From Sandaracinaceae bacterium (GTDB lineage: Bacteria; Myxococcota_A; Polyangia; Polyangiales; Sandaracinaceae): a stretch of 18,585 nt of DNA. The notes below the pieces were generated by a model. That model ran no database searches. It was not told the DNA's origin and was given only the letters and a program-made list of their open reading frames with translations. This document shows positions 15,860 to 18,585 of this stretch, piece after piece (the first letter of the stretch is position 1; each line of letters starts with the position of its first letter). The DNA is taken from contig JBGAQA010000015.1 in the NCBI GenBank assembly GCA_044220955.1, positions 87,194 to 105,778 of the forward strand. The letters run 5' to 3'. A program made the translations under genes and the position numbers.

Positions 15860-18087
15860 GGTGCGACCTCCCCGTCCGGGCGCCGCTGGACCGGCGCCAA
15901 GGCCAGGCGCGAGGCGGGCTCCGCGACGTCGACGGCCGCCGACTCGGCCGGCGTCTGCGGGTCACCGAGCGGCGCGGCGTCGTCGGCGATCGCGCCCGGC
16001 CGCTCGAGCACCGCGTGGACGACGGCACCTCGCGGGACGATCGCGCGCGCCGCCGGCGTCTGCGAGCTGACGACGCCCGCGCCCTCGATCTCGCCGACGA
16101 GCCCCGCCGCAGCCAGCGCGACCAGCGCGTGTCGAGCCGTGACGCCCGCGAGGTCGGGCACGCGCGTCTCGTCCTCGCCGGGCTCGACCTCGGGCGCCGC
16201 CTCCTCGTGCGCCGGCGACGACGCGACGTGGAGGCGTGCCCGCTGGCGGATCTCCGCCGCGAGATCGGTGAGCGCATCGCCGCTGCCCACGGGAGGGACT
16301 CCGAGGTGACGCAGCGCCGCCTCTCCGACCCGCCGGAACACGGGGCCCGCGACCTCGCCGCCGTAGTGGCTGATGATCGGCTCGTCGATGATCACCGCGA
16401 TCACGAGGCGCGGCGACTCGGCCGGCACGAACCCGACGAACGACGCCGTCCAGCGCGCCTCGGGATCGCTCTCCGCGCGGTAGCCGCCGTGGACCTCGTC
16501 GGCCTTCTGCGACGTTCCCGTCTTGCCGGCGACGAGGTAGCCCGGGATCGCTGCCTCGGCGCCCGTGCCTTCTTCCCCGGTGACCGCCGTCAGCATGTCC
16601 GCCACGAGGCGCGCCGTGGAGCGCGGCACGACCTGACGCCGCGCGTGCGGCAGCGTCTCCTCGACGGTGTCGCCGTGACCGTCGAGAACGCGGCGAACGA
16701 GGATCGGCTCCATCAGCCGCCCGCCGTTCGCGATGGCGGTCATCGCCGTCGCGAGCTGGAGCGCGGTGACGCTCATGCCCTGGCCGAAGGCCGCCGTCGC
16801 GAGGTCGCGCTCGTACCACTCGCTGTGGTGCCGGAGCAGGCCCGAGACCTCTCCCCTCAGCGGGATGCCCGTCGTGTGACCGAACCCGAAGCGCCGGAAC
16901 GCGCGGTAGAGCCCCTGGCGGCCGAGGCGCATGCCGATGACCGCCGCGCCGATGTTGGACGACTCGGCGAGGATCTCCGCCGGGGTCAAGAGCCCGTGGC
17001 GGTGCGTGTCGTGGATGGCGCGCTCGCCCTCGACGATCTCGAAGCTGCCGTCGTGGCAGTCGATCTGCTCGCCCGCGGTCAGCACGCCCTGCGCGAGCGC
17101 CGCCGCGATGGTGAAGGGCTTGACGGTCGAGCCAGGCTCGAAGCGGTCGGTGATGGCGCGGAAGCGCCGCGCGTCGGCGCTCGACGAGGTCGGATGGTTC
17201 GGGTCGAAGGTCGGATAGCTCGCCATCGCGAGGATCTCGCCCGACTGCGGGTCCATCACGACGACGCTGCCGGCGCGCGCCTCGAACGTGCGGATCGACA
17301 GCTCGAGCTCGCGCTCCGCCACGTGCTGGATGGTGTGATCGATCGTGAGGAAGACGTCGTCGCCCTGCGTCGCGCGGTCGTCGAGCAGCGTCTCGGAGAA
17401 CACGACGCGGCCGCGGCGGTCGCGGACCGCGGGGACGTCGGCGCGCTCGCCGTGCAGGCGCTCCTCGAGCGCGAGCTCGACGCCCTCGATGCCTTCACCG
17501 TCGACGTTCGAGAAGCCGAGGACGTGCGCGGCGAGCGACCCGTTGGGGTAGAAGCGGTGGGCCTCCTCGGTGGTCGCGACGCCCGGGATGTCGAGCGCGG
17601 CGACGGCGGCAGACTCGTCGGGCGTGACCTGGCGCTCGATCCAGACGAAGTAGCGATCCGACGCGAGCCGCGTCGCGATCCGCTCGCGGTCCACGCCGAG
17701 CACCGCTGCGAGGCGCGTCGCCGCGGCCGCCGTGTCCACGCCCTCGCGGTGCATCGTCCGCGGCGAGGCGTAGATGCTGTCCACGTCCACGCTGACGGCG
17801 AGCTCGGTGCCGCTTCGGTCGTAGATCGTCCCGCGCTTGGGCGAGAGGTGCACGTCGCGCAGCTGCTGCGCCTCGGCCTCCGCGCGCAGCTCGTCTCCCT
17901 GCACGATCTGCAGGCGGTACGCGCGGTTCAGCACCGCGCCCCCCGCGGCGAGCAGGAGCACGCCCAGCATCGCGATGCGGATGCGCAGGCCGCGGAGCCG
18001 CCGCCGCGCCACCTCCTCCGGCGACGGCGGCGCCGCCTTCGCAGGCGCGTTCTTCGGAGGCGCGGTCTTGGGAGCCGCGCGGCTCAT
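15856..18087 (-). CDS. ftsI: Class B penicillin-binding protein FtsI/PBP3 with a C-terminal PASTA-like domain
   Basis: ATG at 18087 overlaps the ftsL stop. N-terminal TM helix, RGTIYDRSG, RFYPNG, GIEGVE, LTID, EPGSTVK (SxxK), SSN (SxN), FGQG, KTGT, then VPDLAGVTARHA...VVSSQTP (PASTA-like); 743 aa. Confidence 0.96.
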   Translation of the reverse strand: MSRAAPKTAPPKNAPAKAAPPSPEEVARRRLRGLRIRIAMLGVLLLAAGGAVLNRAYRLQIVQGDELRAEAEAQQLRDVHLSPKRGTIYDRSGTELAVSVDVDSIYASPRTMHREGVDTAAAATRLAAVLGVDRERIATRLASDRYFVWIERQVTPDESAAVAALDIPGVATTEEAHRFYPNGSLAAHVLGFSNVDGEGIEGVELALEERLHGERADVPAVRDRRGRVVFSETLLDDRATQGDDVFLTIDHTIQHVAERELELSIRTFEARAGSVVVMDPQSGEILAMASYPTFDPNHPTSSSADARRFRAITDRFEPGSTVKPFTIAAALAQGVLTAGEQIDCHDGSFEIVEGERAIHDTHRHGLLTPAEILAESSNIGAAVIGMRLGRQGLYRAFRRFGFGHTTGIPLRGEVSGLLRHHSEWYERDLATAAFGQGMSVTALQLATAMTAIANGGRLMEPILVRRVLDGHGDTVEETLPHARRQVVPRSTARLVADMLTAVTGEEGTGAEAAIPGYLVAGKTGTSQKADEVHGGYRAESDPEARWTASFVGFVPAESPRLVIAVIIDEPIISHYGGEVAGPVFRRVGEAALRHLGVPPVGSGDALTDLAAEIRQRARLHVASSPAHEEAAPEVEPGEDETRVPDLAGVTARHALVALAAAGLVGEIEGAGVVSSQTPAARAIVPRGAVVHAVLERPGAIADDAAPLGDPQTPAESAAVDVAEPASRLALAPVQRRPDGEVAP
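18034..18078 (-). repeat. Three imperfect 15-nt tandem repeats in the ftsI 5' end (AAPKT APPKN APAKA)
   Basis: GCGGCTCCCAAGACC / GCGCCTCCGAAGAAC / GCGCCTGCGAAGGCG on the minus strand. Confidence 0.6.
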
Positions 18088-18428
18088 CGGATCCTCCCGG
18101 CCGCGCGTCGCCGCCCACCATGCCCCACGGGGACCACGTGGTCCGCGTCCGGCACGTCCATGCCCAGCGTGCCACGCGCGATCGCCTCGACGCGCTCCGG
18201 CTCGCGCAGCGTCGCGGCCTCGATCGAGAGCAGGCGTCGCTCCTCGATGAGGCGCCGCTGCTCGCGTCGGGCCTGACCGACCTCGTAGCCGAGGCGGACC
18301 GTCTCGAGGCGCAGCGAGAGGTGCGCGACGAACGCGGCCGCCGTGGCGATCACCGCCGCGGCCCAGAGCCAGAGCACCCGCGAGCGCCGGGCCCGCGCGA
18401 GAAGCCCGGACTGCGTCCCGCCGCTCAT
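18084..18428 (-). CDS. ftsL: Cell division protein FtsL
   Basis: 114 aa; basic N-terminus, one TM helix (VLWLWAAAVIATAAAFVAHL), coiled coil, and LSIEAATLREPERVEAIARGTLGM; located between rsmH and ftsI. Confidence 0.88.
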   Translation of the reverse strand: MSGGTQSGLLARARRSRVLWLWAAAVIATAAAFVAHLSLRLETVRLGYEVGQARREQRRLIEERRLLSIEAATLREPERVEAIARGTLGMDVPDADHVVPVGHGGRRRAAGRIR

Positions 18429-18520
18429 GCGCTCGCCTCCCTCGCCCGCGGCTCACGGCGCGCGGCGCGCAATTTCGCGCTCCTGGCGCGGGGGTTGACC
18501 CGCGCCTCGGAGGCGCCGGC
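18425..18520 (-). CDS. rsmH: 3' end of 16S rRNA m4C1402 methyltransferase (fragment; not in the ORF track)
   Basis: AGASEARVNPRARSAKLRAARREPRAREASA* contains the RsmH C-terminal signature NPRARSAKLR; stop overlaps the ftsL ATG. Confidence 0.9.
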   Translation of the reverse strand, partial: AGASEARVNPRARSAKLRAARREPRAREASA

Positions 18521-18585
18521 GGCGCGGGCCGACATCGACCCCGGCGACAGCCACAAGGACGGCCACCAGCAGAGCGTTAGCGCCC

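Noticed and set aside
8887..18276. Long plus-strand ORFs antisense to the dcw genes (936, 639, 462, 646, 897 aa) and the other off-frame ORFs in the track
   Set aside because: Expected from stop-codon scarcity and codon bias at this GC content; no recognisable motifs.
14382..18456. ORF-track starts at 14657 (murF) and 18456 (ftsI)
   Set aside because: These extensions overlap murE and ftsL. The coupled ATGs at 14381 and 18087 fit better.

Overview
Very GC-rich bacterial DNA. Protein style and gene content suggest Myxococcota, Polyangiales/Sandaracinus-like (inference). Left half: 3' part of a Lon protease gene (+); a convergent myxobacterial-type lipoprotein whose signal peptide is out of frame with its body (-); an N-formylglutamate amidohydrolase-like gene coupled to rsmI (+); and a kelch-repeat lipoprotein that may be leaderless (+). 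Right half: a division/cell-wall (dcw) operon on the minus strand, rsmH(3' end)-ftsL-ftsI-murE-murF-mraY-murD-ftsW-murG, which stops at murG with no murC. The main unexplained structure is at the three dcw junctions with a real spacer (murF/mraY, murD/ftsW, ftsW/murG). Each holds a mini-ORF (33, 10 and 58 aa) that starts at the upstream stop and ends on the downstream start. The spacers share sequence, and the largest carries a near-perfect four-way-junction fold, which looks like a small repeat element that inserts at start/stop overlaps and preserves translational coupling. The apparent 862-aa MurD-FtsW fusion is better explained by a deletion at a (CG)n run. That deletion, the lipoprotein frameshift and a foreign-looking last ~65 nt suggest assembly errors that should be checked against reads.
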